Of a stretch of DNA of 64,000 nucleotides, positions 44,618 through 54,148 are shown piece after piece. A model generated the notes under the pieces. It was not told where the DNA came from. It was given only the letters and a program-made list of their open reading frames with translations, and did not search any database. Each line of letters opens with the position of its first letter. Position 1 is the first letter of the stretch. The stretch comes from an uncultured Eubacteriales bacterium (lineage in GTDB: Bacteria > Bacillota > Clostridia > Oscillospirales > QAMX01): positions 156,400 to 220,399 of the forward strand of contig CAKTEH010000002.1 of the NCBI GenBank assembly GCA_934546935.1, written 5' to 3'. Made by a program: the position numbers and the translations under genes.

Positions 44618-44866
44618 TTATGCAGAAATTTTTGCGGCAACATGCTCCGCAAAGAAACTGTCGGCCGTATCGGGCGATACGGAAAAGCTTTCCCCATCTA
44701 CCGTGACGGATACATCGTCCTTACAAATCCCCATACAAAAAGTCCCGGCGAGTTCCACTTTCTCCTCCAAATGATCACGGGCGATCAGCTCACGAAAACG
44801 GTCGACAACCTGCTTAGAGCCCTTTAAGTGACAATAACTGCCGATACAGACAATAACCTTTACCAT
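44618..44866 (-). CDS. Thioredoxin-like [2Fe-2S] ferredoxin
   Basis: 82 aa with AGGAGGG RBS. Cys pattern C7-x4-C12-x31-C44-x3-C48 (VCIGSYCHLKG...GTFCMGIC). Confidence 0.7.
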   Translation of the reverse strand: MVKVIVCIGSYCHLKGSKQVVDRFRELIARDHLEEKVELAGTFCMGICKDDVSVTVDGESFSVSPDTADSFFAEHVAAKISA

Positions 44867-44905
44867 AATTCCCTCCTAAAATATTGACAGGCGTTTTTGT
44901 ATTCG

Positions 44906-46159
44906 TCAACCCAAAAACAGGCACAGTGCCTGAGAAACCAGCACAACGGCAATCAGCGCAACAGGATATGTAGCGGCGTAAGCCGACGCGACATCATCCG
45001 TACCCGCGACGCTGATAAGCGTGCCAAGGGCAGGTGTGCTGGTCATACCGCCGGTGATAGAGCCGAGGTTATTGAGTAAGCTGAGCTTAAGAACATATTT
45101 AGCAAAAAGGAAACCAATAATCATCGGCACGACCGTCATAACAATACCATAGAGGAAGTAAACCGCCTTAAAGTATTCAATAAATTTCGCCCCGCCGGCG
45201 ACGCCTGCGCCAATAAGGAAAAGCATCAAACCAAATTCGCGGAAAACTTTTGCAGTATTGTTATCCAGTGCAATATTCACCGGGCCAATATGACCGAAAT
45301 GCCCGAACAGCAACGCCGTAATCAATACGCCGCCCGTCGTTGTCAGGGAGAAAGTCGTTCCAGACAGGCCTGCAGAGGACAGCGGTATCTTGATGGAACC
45401 GACAAAAATCCCGATCACGGCGGCGCAGGAGAACACCATAACGCCAAACGGATCCATATGGATCAGCTTCCCGGCATAACGTTTGCGCTCCCCGGTATCG
45501 ACAACCGTAATTTTCGCGCGTTCCGCTTCCATATTCGCCCCTGTAAGCTTTGGAATCAGCTGTACAAACAGTACAACGCCGATGACGCCAAACAGATAGG
45601 CAATACCATGGCCGACCGTAACCGCACTTTCATAAACTTCCGCCACAGTAGCTTTTGCAGCGGAGAAAGCCGGGGTACTGGTCAGTGCGCCGGAGAGAAT
45701 GCCGACCAACATGGCTACAAATTCTTTCGAATCGCTTTCCGAACCCTTACCGACATAGTAGCAGGCGACGCAGGCAAGGCCGCCGGCCAGGATAATGATC
45801 AGGCCGAGCAGGATATAAGACTTATAGTTCTTTTTAAGGTTTTTAAAAAAATTGGGCCCGGCGATAAAACCAACTGCCGTAACAAACAGGATCAAACCCA
45901 TATTTTCCATTGCCTTCAGAATATTACCGCTGATGTCCTCAACCGTACCGTCAGCCAACTTCTGCGTAACCGTTGCACTGATGGCGTCGGAAAACAGCGC
46001 GCCATAGAGTAAAGCAACGATAAAGACCCCGGCAGTGCCAAGGCTTACACCTTTTATCGTGATCCGTCCCAAACCGTAACCAAGCGCGGCAATGATGAAA
46101 ATCGAGAGCATCATAAAACTGATGCCGGTTACAGATAGGATCCCTCCAAACAAATTCAT
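44906..46159 (-). CDS. AspT/YidE/YbjL-family (Asp-Al_Ex repeat) organic-anion transporter
   Basis: 417-aa polytopic protein. The N-terminal repeat is ..IIAALGYGLGRITIKGVSLGTAGVFIVALLYG... A second repeat is ..FREFGLMLFLIGAGVAGG... There is no TrkA-C insert. Confidence 0.75.
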   Translation of the reverse strand: MNLFGGILSVTGISFMMLSIFIIAALGYGLGRITIKGVSLGTAGVFIVALLYGALFSDAISATVTQKLADGTVEDISGNILKAMENMGLILFVTAVGFIAGPNFFKNLKKNYKSYILLGLIIILAGGLACVACYYVGKGSESDSKEFVAMLVGILSGALTSTPAFSAAKATVAEVYESAVTVGHGIAYLFGVIGVVLFVQLIPKLTGANMEAERAKITVVDTGERKRYAGKLIHMDPFGVMVFSCAAVIGIFVGSIKIPLSSAGLSGTTFSLTTTGGVLITALLFGHFGHIGPVNIALDNNTAKVFREFGLMLFLIGAGVAGGAKFIEYFKAVYFLYGIVMTVVPMIIGFLFAKYVLKLSLLNNLGSITGGMTSTPALGTLISVAGTDDVASAYAATYPVALIAVVLVSQALCLFLG

Positions 46160-46186
46160 ATTAGCAGCCCTCGAATCCCCGTTTTC

Positions 46187-47794
46187 TTACAGCTGGCCGT
46201 CACGATGCGTATAGGTTGGCAGCAGCTTCGGCGAAACCACATCGCCTTCAATTCCAGCAGCGGTGCGCTCCGCTTCAAACTTTGCAACATGCGCAAGGGT
46301 AGGTATACCAGGAACCACATCTTTGGCACGTGCGGCGGCGTTGCGTCCCGCGCTGCGGCCGAAAACAATAATATCCAACAGGGAGTTCCCCATCAGGCGG
46401 TTTCGGCCATGGATCCCGCCGACTGCTTCGCCTGCGACAAAGAGATTGGCGATATTGGTCGTCATACCGTCCGGCGTAATATCAAGGCCGCCATTCTGAT
46501 AATGCAGAGTCGGATAAACGAGGATCGGTTCTTTCCGGATATCAATGCCATATTTGGCAAACATCCGCCACATAGCCGGAATCCGGGCCATAATCGTGCC
46601 TTCTCCGCCAATCTTTTCAATCATCGGGGTATCAAGCCACACACCTTTGCCGCTGCCGGTATCGACGCCTTCCCCGCGGGTTGTACATTCCCGGATGATG
46701 GAGGCGGCGGAAACGTCACGGGTCTCCAGCGGGTGCATGAAGACCTCTCCATCGGCGTTAACAAGCTTTGCGCCAAGGGAGCGGACTTTTTCCGTAACAA
46801 GCGCACCGAAGATCTGCTCAGGATAGGCGGTCCCGGTTGGATGGTACTGGAGCGTATCGGCATACAGAAGCTTCGCACCCGCACGGTAGCCAAGGACAAG
46901 TCCGTCGGCAGTCGCGCCATAATGGTTGGAAGTCGGGAAACCCTGATAATGCATGCGGCCTGCGCCGCCGGTAGCAATAATCACGGTCTTTGCACGGGCA
47001 ACAAGCAGCGCTTTAGTTTCCATATTCATCAATACCGCGCCAGCTGCATTGCCGTTTTCATCGAGGACCAGCTCGATCGCGGCAGTAAAATCAACGACCG
47101 GGATCCCGCGGTTGAGCACCTCGTCGCGCAGCGTACGCATGATTTCTGCGCCGGAGTAATCCTTTGCCGCATGCATGCGCTTGCGGGATGTACCGCCGCC
47201 GTGGGTGGTAATCATCGTACCGTCGGGCGCTTTATCAAATTCCACGCCGAGTTCATTGAGCCATTGGATCGCTTCCGGCGCCTCGGTAACCAGCTTATAC
47301 AAAAGCTCACGCTTCGCGGCAAAATGGCCGCCGCCGAAGGCGTCAATAAAATGGATTGCCGGGGAATCGTTAGGTTTATCAGCAGCCTGGATGCCGCCTT
47401 CAGCCATCATGGTATTGGCGTCGCCGATGCGCAGCTTGGTCACAATCATAACCTTTGCACCAGCGTTATCGGCTTCAATTGCCGCGGAAGAACCTGCGCC
47501 GCCGCCGCCAATAACCAGCACATCGACGTCATAATCGGGATGGGCGAGATCAATTTCATCAGGACGGATACGGCTGTGCGCCTGCAGCATCTCCGCCAAC
47601 TCATGCGGAACCTTTTCGCCCTTGTTCGGGCCGATGCGCAGGGCTTCAAATTCCTCTTTTTTATAATCGGGATGATAGGCTGCAAGGAGGTCTTCCTTCT
47701 CCTTCGCCGTCATACGGGCCGGCTCATACGCGATATTTTTCTCGCGGGCGGCCTCAACCTTGCGGATGGATTCAGTAAATTTCTCAGAATACAT
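46187..47794 (-). CDS. FrdA/SdhA-like FAD flavoprotein (soluble fumarate-reductase type, non-covalent FAD predicted)
   Basis: AAGGAGGGG RBS. Dinucleotide fold VLVIGGGGAGSSAA. DANTMMAEGGIQA, with Asn where covalent-FAD enzymes have His. QYHPTG, TEKVRSLGAKLVN, PTLHYQNGGL, HGRNRLMGNSLLDIIVFGRSAG. Confidence 0.85.
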   Translation of the reverse strand: MYSEKFTESIRKVEAAREKNIAYEPARMTAKEKEDLLAAYHPDYKKEEFEALRIGPNKGEKVPHELAEMLQAHSRIRPDEIDLAHPDYDVDVLVIGGGGAGSSAAIEADNAGAKVMIVTKLRIGDANTMMAEGGIQAADKPNDSPAIHFIDAFGGGHFAAKRELLYKLVTEAPEAIQWLNELGVEFDKAPDGTMITTHGGGTSRKRMHAAKDYSGAEIMRTLRDEVLNRGIPVVDFTAAIELVLDENGNAAGAVLMNMETKALLVARAKTVIIATGGAGRMHYQGFPTSNHYGATADGLVLGYRAGAKLLYADTLQYHPTGTAYPEQIFGALVTEKVRSLGAKLVNADGEVFMHPLETRDVSAASIIRECTTRGEGVDTGSGKGVWLDTPMIEKIGGEGTIMARIPAMWRMFAKYGIDIRKEPILVYPTLHYQNGGLDITPDGMTTNIANLFVAGEAVGGIHGRNRLMGNSLLDIIVFGRSAGRNAAARAKDVVPGIPTLAHVAKFEAERTAAGIEGDVVSPKLLPTYTHRDGQL

Positions 47795-47808
47795 GGCGTC
47801 GCCCCTCC

Positions 47809-48483
47809 TTATTTCTCAATATCGCGGTTGTTATACAGTTCCTGCATTTCTTCAACCGGCTTGCCCATCAGCGCTTCCAAAAGCTCGTTGAAGGTGCCTC
47901 CATGGATTTCCTGGACACGGTCTTCCAGGTGCCGGCTTTTGGGGGCCAGATATTTGCCGTACAGGCGGCGGGCGAGCATCGCAACCTGCGGGTGGGAAAT
48001 CCCAGCCGGACAGCGCGAAGAACAAACGCCGCACATCACACAGTCAAAGCTCTCCTCGGCGCACTTTTCAAATTCGCCGCGCTGGGCATACGCGATATAC
48101 TGCATTACGTTGAGTTCCTGCGTACAGGCTTTCGTACAGGCATTGCAGCCAATGCAGGCATAGATTTCCGGATACAGCTGCATCATAATCTGCTCAGAAG
48201 GCGAAACCTTATTGATATCATAAACCTGCTTGATTAAGGGGAAGAACGGCAGAGTTGCGATATACATATCGTTTTCCACCTTTGTCTGGCAGGCAAGGCA
48301 GACCTTTAATTCACGGTCGCCCTTAATCCGGTAAATTGTTGCGCAGGCGCCGCAGAAACCATTCCGGCATCCGCAGCCGCGCACAAGCTGGTATCCCGCA
48401 TATTCCATCGCGCACATAATCGTCAAATGCTCCGGAACCTGATACTGCTTGCCGAACAGGTAAATATTAACCATAGATTCCAT
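47809..48483 (-). CDS. FrdB/SdhB-like iron-sulfur subunit (2Fe-2S + two cubane cluster motifs)
   Basis: AAGGAG lies 8 nt before ATG 48483. GCGCRNGFCGAC..CLAC, CIGCNACTKAC, CVMCGVCSSRCP. Confidence 0.8.
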   Translation of the reverse strand: MESMVNIYLFGKQYQVPEHLTIMCAMEYAGYQLVRGCGCRNGFCGACATIYRIKGDRELKVCLACQTKVENDMYIATLPFFPLIKQVYDINKVSPSEQIMMQLYPEIYACIGCNACTKACTQELNVMQYIAYAQRGEFEKCAEESFDCVMCGVCSSRCPAGISHPQVAMLARRLYGKYLAPKSRHLEDRVQEIHGGTFNELLEALMGKPVEEMQELYNNRDIEK

Positions 48484-48499
48484 AATCGGTGCTCCTTTT

Positions 48500-49333
48500 T
48501 TAATACTCGTCCGGCAGCTCATCCAGCGCGTCGAAGCGGAAGACGGGGCCGTCCTTGCAGATGTACTTATTGGCGACGTTGCAGCGGCCGCATTTGCCGA
48601 TGCCGCACTTCATGCGCATTTCCAGCGTCGTGTAAACCTGGGTCTTATCGAAGCCAAGTTCCATCAGCCCTTGCAGCGTAAATTTAATCATAATCGGCGG
48701 GCCACATAAAATTGCAATTTTATCGGTATCAAAGCCAAGTTCTTTGACATAATTGGGTACAAACCCGACATGGCCATCCCAGCCTTCCTGTTCGCGGTCG
48801 ATGGTCAGATGCACGCTTACGCCCGCATCCTGCGCCCACTCGCTGATAATCTCCTGATAGTCAACCAGGTCATCCTTTGAACGCGAGCCGTAAACAATAT
48901 CAATCATACCGTAACGGTCGCGATAGTGGCGCACATAATTGATGACCGAGCGCAGGGGGGCCAGGCCGATGCCGCCGGCAATAAAGAGCATATTTTTCCC
49001 TACGAATTCCGTATCTACCGGGAAGCCGTTTCCATAAGGGCCGCGGATCGTAATCTGCTGGCCGGGTTCCATAGCATGGAGCCATTCGGTCAGACAGCCG
49101 CACTTCTTGATCGAAAACTCCATGTATTCGGTATTGGTTGGGGAAGACGTAATGGAAAACATCGCCTCTCCCACACCCGGAATCGAAAGCATTGCGCACT
49201 GGCCGGGCTTATGCGTAAAGGCTTTCCTGCCATCCGGCGTGACCACGCGGAAAGTTTTGACGTCGGGGGTATCGATGCGGATATCGGTAACAACGCCGAT
49301 TTTTGGCATTAAAGGCTCCTGCCGGTAAGTCAT
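48500..49333 (-). CDS. FAD/NAD(P)-binding oxidoreductase with C-terminal 2Fe-2S (AsrB/HydG/PyrK-like; FlxA-like)
   Basis: GGGAGGGAAG RBS. ..DVKTFRV..KPGQCAMLSIPGVGEAMFSI.., ..MLFIAGGIGLAPLRS.., C-terminal CGIGKCGRCNV. ATGA overlap with the upstream gene. Confidence 0.8.
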   Translation of the reverse strand: MTYRQEPLMPKIGVVTDIRIDTPDVKTFRVVTPDGRKAFTHKPGQCAMLSIPGVGEAMFSITSSPTNTEYMEFSIKKCGCLTEWLHAMEPGQQITIRGPYGNGFPVDTEFVGKNMLFIAGGIGLAPLRSVINYVRHYRDRYGMIDIVYGSRSKDDLVDYQEIISEWAQDAGVSVHLTIDREQEGWDGHVGFVPNYVKELGFDTDKIAILCGPPIMIKFTLQGLMELGFDKTQVYTTLEMRMKCGIGKCGRCNVANKYICKDGPVFRFDALDELPDEY

Positions 49334-50349
49334 ACGTTCTTCCCTCCCAATGTCTTCATAACCTTCACAATATTCATCGAGATCGGGCATCTGGACAAGC
49401 AACGCCCACAGCCGACGCAACCGAAAACACCGTCGTTGTTGGCCGGATAATAGACCAGCTTATGCATAAAGCGCTGGCGGAAGCGTTCCATCTGGGTCAG
49501 GCGCGGCTGTCCCGCGGACATTTTAGTAAATTCGGAATACATACACGAATCCCAACAGCGGTAGCGGCGCACACCGGTATTGGTCTTAAAATCGCGGATG
49601 TCATAACACTGGCAAGTCGGACAGACAAAAGTACAGGTACCACAGCCAAGGCAGGTTTCCGAGAGCGCCTTCCATTCCGGACGTTCGAAATATTCGTCAA
49701 GCTTATCGCCCCCAAAAGCGCCGGCAGACAGCCCAGACAGCGGAAGTGCATTCAGACGCTCGCGAATCGTCAATTTCTGTGCGTCGACAGCCGCTGTATC
49801 GCTGTCTTCCAGCGCCAGCGCAGCCAGGACCGCCTCGCCCTTCGCCGTTTTTGCGTCCAGATAAAGCGTAGCTTCGTCGATATAACAGGCCACATCCCCC
49901 TCCGGCTCTGCCGCGTCGATGCCGAACGTTTTACAGAAACAGGTTTCTGCCGGGCGGGTACAGGCCATGGAGAAAATCACGCCATGCTCGCGGCGTGCGG
50001 CATAATAGGAATCCACCGGATCCGCAAGGAACACACGGTCAAGGATAGCGAAGCTGCGTACATCGCAGGCGCGCACACCGAAAACAATAAAATCCTCGCC
50101 TTCATCGCGGGTGTCAATCAATTCGATAGATTTCCCTTCGATTTTGAAATCCATCAGATTTTCCGTCTGCGGGAAAAAGAAATCCTTGGCGCTGCGCACG
50201 GTATTGAGTGCAGCGGAATATTTCACGCCCTCTTCCCACTTTGTATAATGCGCGCGCCCATCGGCGCCGTCGGCGGGAAGATAAACGTTATAGGTTTTCG
50301 CCATCGCGGCAAAAAGCTCGTCGAGCTTCGCAGCTGCAACTTTACGCAT
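49330..50349 (-). CDS. 4Fe-4S dicluster protein (AsrA/HydB-like; FlxB-like)
   Basis: AAGGGGGAA RBS before ATG 50349. ..FGVRACDVRSFAILD.., CLGCGTCTFVCPTCQC, CVGCGRCLSRCP. The 129-aa upstream extension in the ORF track overlaps the previous gene. Confidence 0.8.
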   Translation of the reverse strand: MRKVAAAKLDELFAAMAKTYNVYLPADGADGRAHYTKWEEGVKYSAALNTVRSAKDFFFPQTENLMDFKIEGKSIELIDTRDEGEDFIVFGVRACDVRSFAILDRVFLADPVDSYYAARREHGVIFSMACTRPAETCFCKTFGIDAAEPEGDVACYIDEATLYLDAKTAKGEAVLAALALEDSDTAAVDAQKLTIRERLNALPLSGLSAGAFGGDKLDEYFERPEWKALSETCLGCGTCTFVCPTCQCYDIRDFKTNTGVRRYRCWDSCMYSEFTKMSAGQPRLTQMERFRQRFMHKLVYYPANNDGVFGCVGCGRCLSRCPISMNIVKVMKTLGGKNV

Positions 50350-51337
50350 GCCCGTTCCCCCTTTCCACGGCTTCTTCAGGTTCAAGGTCATTGGCTGTAT
50401 AATTGACCAGCGGGGCGCGGCTTCCAACCTCGGCGCCGGCCTGATATTCGCCGTAGAAGGCGTTGATATCTTTGATAAATTTACGGTTGAGCAGATGCAG
50501 CGGAATATGCTGTGGACATACGCGGGAGCATTCCCCGCAGTCAGTACAGCGCCCGGCGACATGGAATGCGCGGATAATATGGAACATCTGCTCTTCAAAG
50601 CTGGTAACCGGCGCTTTCGATTCCACGCCGGAATTCGGATTGCTGAACACACAGGTTTCGCAGGTACAGGCCGGGCATACGTCGCGGCAGGCATTGCAGC
50701 GGATACAGCGGGACAGTTCGCCCCGCCAGAATGCAAAGCGTTCGTCCTCGCTCATCGCTTCCAACCGCGCGACTTCATCAAAGCGTGCGCTGTCGGCCAG
50801 CTCGCCGTCCTCGCCCAGCAGCTCATCGTATGCGACATGCTTTTTGGATTTGCAGACCAGGCAGCGCTCCGAAAGGCCGTCTGCGCGGGAAATGGAAATA
50901 TCGCCGTCATACAGGGTATGCACAACAAAATCCCCATCCTCACAGGTAATCGAGCGGATGCCTTCCGCCGCCGCGTCTTTGAGCCGGGTCACATCAGCCA
51001 TTCCCTCACAGGGAATCCCGACGGCGTACACCTTCTCCCGGTCAAAACGGTGCTCGGTTAAAAGCTGATTAAACGAATAGGTATCGCAGGGCTTTAAGAA
51101 AACCAGAATTTTCCCTTCACCCCTGCGGGTTTCTTCTACCAGATATTTGGAAAAGTTCGCGCCGCAGAAATCATCAAACACAAATGCCTTTTCCATTTCG
51201 TCCACGCTGCGGAACAGGCCGGGGCTTACGTCATAGTCGAACTCACCGCGCTTCCATCCATAGGCACGGTCAACCGTGCCATCGGCAAACAGCGCTTTAG
51301 CCCTGTCAAGCAGTACTTCACGCGTCAAAGCTTGCAT
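50342..51337 (-). CDS. 4Fe-4S protein, FrhB/FdhB-like (FlxC-like)
   Basis: GGAGGA RBS. ..ILVFLKPCDTYSF.., CIRCNACRDVCPACTC, CTDCGECSRVCP. It overlaps its flanking genes by 8 and 13 nt. Confidence 0.75.
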   Translation of the reverse strand: MQALTREVLLDRAKALFADGTVDRAYGWKRGEFDYDVSPGLFRSVDEMEKAFVFDDFCGANFSKYLVEETRRGEGKILVFLKPCDTYSFNQLLTEHRFDREKVYAVGIPCEGMADVTRLKDAAAEGIRSITCEDGDFVVHTLYDGDISISRADGLSERCLVCKSKKHVAYDELLGEDGELADSARFDEVARLEAMSEDERFAFWRGELSRCIRCNACRDVCPACTCETCVFSNPNSGVESKAPVTSFEEQMFHIIRAFHVAGRCTDCGECSRVCPQHIPLHLLNRKFIKDINAFYGEYQAGAEVGSRAPLVNYTANDLEPEEAVERGNGHA

Positions 51338-51759
51338 CGTAAATCCTCCAGTCTCTTGTTCTCGCCCAACGCGGCGACCGTCTGCACAAAATCATTCATT
51401 GTCGCGGCAAACTTCGCGCCTTCAGCGGCAGAAACCCATTCCACACGGGTACGTTCCTTTTCAATGCCAAGGTAGTTGAGCATCGAAAACAGCAGCGCCA
51501 TACGGCGGCGGGTATAATAGTTTCCAGAAGTATAATGGCAGTCGCCGGGGTGGCAGCCGCAGATAATCACACCGTCCGCGCCGCGTTGAAATGCGCGCAG
51601 GATAAACATCGGGTTTACACGGCAGGAGCAGGGTACGCGGATGATCTTTACCTCGGCAGGATACGCGAGCCGGTTATTCCCGGCCAGGTCGGCGCCGGCA
51701 TAGGAACACCAGTTGCAACAAAACGCAACAATTTTCGGCTTATATTCGGTCATTTGCAT
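51325..51759 (-). CDS. mvhD: MvhD/FlpD-like (methyl-viologen-reducing hydrogenase delta subunit family; FlxD-like)
   Basis: GGAGGTGG RBS. KIVAFCCNWCSYAGADLAG..VKIIRVPCSCRVNP..GADGVIICGCHPGDCHY. Confidence 0.85.
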   Translation of the reverse strand: MQMTEYKPKIVAFCCNWCSYAGADLAGNNRLAYPAEVKIIRVPCSCRVNPMFILRAFQRGADGVIICGCHPGDCHYTSGNYYTRRRMALLFSMLNYLGIEKERTRVEWVSAAEGAKFAATMNDFVQTVAALGENKRLEDLRCKL

Positions 51760-53741
51760 ATTGCATCCACCTCCGCCATGATTTGGGCGCTGGCAAAGCC
51801 CTTCAGATCCATTGCGCCGGACGGGCACGCGACGGTACAGGCGCCGCAGCCCTGGCAGACCGCCTCGTTGACCTTGGCCACACGGCGGATTCGGGTCGTA
51901 CGGTCAGGCATGCGGAACTCTTTATCTTCATAAGTAATCGCGCCGTAGGGACAGACACGCTCACAGGAGGAACATCCGTTGCACATCAGCTCATTGGAGT
52001 GCGCGACACAGGGGTTGCCAGTCAATTTATCCTTGGCAAGCAGTCCGATTACCTTTGCGGCGGCAGCACCGGCCTGGGAAACGGTTTCCGGGATATCCTT
52101 CGGGCCCTGGCAGGTACCGGAAAGGAATACGCCCGCCGTCGGGCTTTCCACCGGGCGAAGCTTCGGATGCGCTTCCGTAAAGAAGTCATTGGTATCCATA
52201 CTTGCCGTCAGCATTGTCGCAAGCGGGCGGGCAGACGAATCCGGCTCGATTGCTGCGGCGAGGACAACGAGGTCAGCCTCAATATGCAGCTGCTTATTTG
52301 CCAGCAGATCGGAAGCCTGCACCATCAGTTTATCGCCCTGCGGGCTGACTTTGCCAACCATGCCCTTAATATAGTGTACGCCATATTCCTCGGCAGCACG
52401 GCGATAGAATTCATCAAACGCCTTCCCCGGCGTACGCACGTCAATATAGAAAACATAAACATCCGTATCCGGGTATTTATCACGGGTCAGCATGGCATGC
52501 TTCGCCGTGTACATACAACAGATCTTGGAACAGTATTCCTTCCCTTTTTCCGCGCCGGAGCAGCGGGATCCAACGCATTGGACAAATACAATGGTTTTCG
52601 GATGCTTATGGTCGGAAGGACGGAGCAGTACGCCCGCCGTCGGACCTGCAGCGTTGGTCAGGCGCTCAAATTCCAGCGAAGTGATAACATCTTTTGACTG
52701 ACTATACGCAAATTCATCAAATTTCTCCATGGAAATCGGATTATATCCCGTTGCCACAACAATAGCGCCGTATTTTTCCTCAAGGAACTCGTCCTTTGCC
52801 TTATAGTCGATAGCCCCGGCGGTGCAGACCTTGGAACAGACGCCGCACTTACCGGTTTTAAGCATCGTACAATAACGCGGATCAATGGTCGCGACCTTCG
52901 GTACCGCCTGGGCAAAGGGGATATAAATCGCGCGCCGGTTATCCATGCCGAGGTTGAACTCATTGGGGACATTTTTCTGCGGGCATTTTTCCGTACACAA
53001 GCCGCAGCCGGTACAGACGTCCTCTTTAACATAGCGCGCCTTTTTCTTAATCTTTACGGTAAAATTGCCAACAAACCCGGAAACGCCTTCAACCTCGCTG
53101 TAAGAAAAAATCCGAATCTTTTCATGCTGCGCCACATCAACCATTTTCGGGGTCAGGATACAGGCTGCGCAGTCCAGTGTCGGGAAAGTTTTATCCAGCT
53201 GCGCCATCTTTCCGCCGATAGTAGGCTGTTTTTCTACGATATCGACCTCAAACCCGGCATCCGCAATATCCAGCGCCGTTTGAATTCCGGCGATACCGCC
53301 GCCGATTACGAGCGCACGCTTGGTAACCGGGCTTTCTCCCGGCGTCAGTGGTGCGTTGAGGCTGACCTTGGCGATAGCCGTACGGCCGAGGATAATCGCC
53401 TTTTCCGTGCCGGTCAGCTTATCCTTATGTACCCAGGAACACTGCTCGCGGATATTGGCGATTTCAACCATATAGGGGTTTAAGCCTGCAGCGGCGGCCG
53501 TTTTGCGGAACGTCGCTTCATGCATACGCGGGGAACAGGAACACACGACAATGCCGGAAAGCTTATACTCAGCGATAGCATTTTTGATAATATCCTGGCC
53601 CGCCTGGGAACACATATATTGATAGTTGGTGGAGTAAACAACGCCCGGTTCCTTTTTCAACGCTTCAGAAACCGCCTCGACATCGACCGTCCCGGCGATG
53701 TTGCTTCCGCACCAACAGACAAACACTCCGATTCTCTGCAT
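51750..53741 (-). CDS. hdrA: HdrA-like FAD/Fe-S subunit (heterodisulfide reductase A family)
   Basis: AAGGAGAA RBS. MQRIGVFVCWCGSNIAG.., ALVIGGGIAGIQTALDIADAG.., ..FPTLDCAACILTPKM.., and ferredoxin motifs CTGCGLCTEKCP, CNGCSSCERVCP, CQGCGACTVACP. Confidence 0.9.
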   Translation of the reverse strand: MQRIGVFVCWCGSNIAGTVDVEAVSEALKKEPGVVYSTNYQYMCSQAGQDIIKNAIAEYKLSGIVVCSCSPRMHEATFRKTAAAAGLNPYMVEIANIREQCSWVHKDKLTGTEKAIILGRTAIAKVSLNAPLTPGESPVTKRALVIGGGIAGIQTALDIADAGFEVDIVEKQPTIGGKMAQLDKTFPTLDCAACILTPKMVDVAQHEKIRIFSYSEVEGVSGFVGNFTVKIKKKARYVKEDVCTGCGLCTEKCPQKNVPNEFNLGMDNRRAIYIPFAQAVPKVATIDPRYCTMLKTGKCGVCSKVCTAGAIDYKAKDEFLEEKYGAIVVATGYNPISMEKFDEFAYSQSKDVITSLEFERLTNAAGPTAGVLLRPSDHKHPKTIVFVQCVGSRCSGAEKGKEYCSKICCMYTAKHAMLTRDKYPDTDVYVFYIDVRTPGKAFDEFYRRAAEEYGVHYIKGMVGKVSPQGDKLMVQASDLLANKQLHIEADLVVLAAAIEPDSSARPLATMLTASMDTNDFFTEAHPKLRPVESPTAGVFLSGTCQGPKDIPETVSQAGAAAAKVIGLLAKDKLTGNPCVAHSNELMCNGCSSCERVCPYGAITYEDKEFRMPDRTTRIRRVAKVNEAVCQGCGACTVACPSGAMDLKGFASAQIMAEVDAICK

Positions 53742-53755
53742 CTTTGCGTTTCTCC

Positions 53756-54145
53756 TTACTTACTGTATTTGCGCAATGCGCTGACAAGCAGCTGCTGCGG
53801 GATTTCCCCATCGGCAAGCGCAGGGATGTCGTCGGGCTTAAAGTGATTGGCGCCCTGCTGCCGGATCACCATCAAGCGCAGCGCTTCGACGAGTTTCGCC
53901 GGTTCGACTGAGCGCGGGCAGCGGTCCACACAAGCAAAACAAGACAGGCATTTATATAAAGATTTAGAAGCAAGCAGCGGTTCGATATCGCCGGTTTCAA
54001 CCATATAAACAAATTGATGCGGATGATACTCCATCTCATCATAGGACGGACAGGTACCGGAGCATTTGCCGCAGCGCATACATTTCAGCGGGTTTACGCC
54101 GCTGGTACGAAGGATCTGCTCCTTCATGCGTTCATTTTTCGTCAT
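53756..54145 (-). CDS. hdrC: HdrC-like 4Fe-4S subunit
   Basis: GGAGGA RBS. CMRCGKCSGTCP and CLSCFACVDRCP. Confidence 0.85.
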   Translation of the reverse strand: MTKNERMKEQILRTSGVNPLKCMRCGKCSGTCPSYDEMEYHPHQFVYMVETGDIEPLLASKSLYKCLSCFACVDRCPRSVEPAKLVEALRLMVIRQQGANHFKPDDIPALADGEIPQQLLVSALRKYSK

Positions 54146-54148
54146 GGC

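Noticed and set aside
46205-48163. 652-aa ORF antisense to the FrdA-like and FrdB-like genes
   Set aside because: It spans two real genes on the opposite strand. It has no recognisable domain, and the opposite-strand genes have strong RBSs and family motifs.
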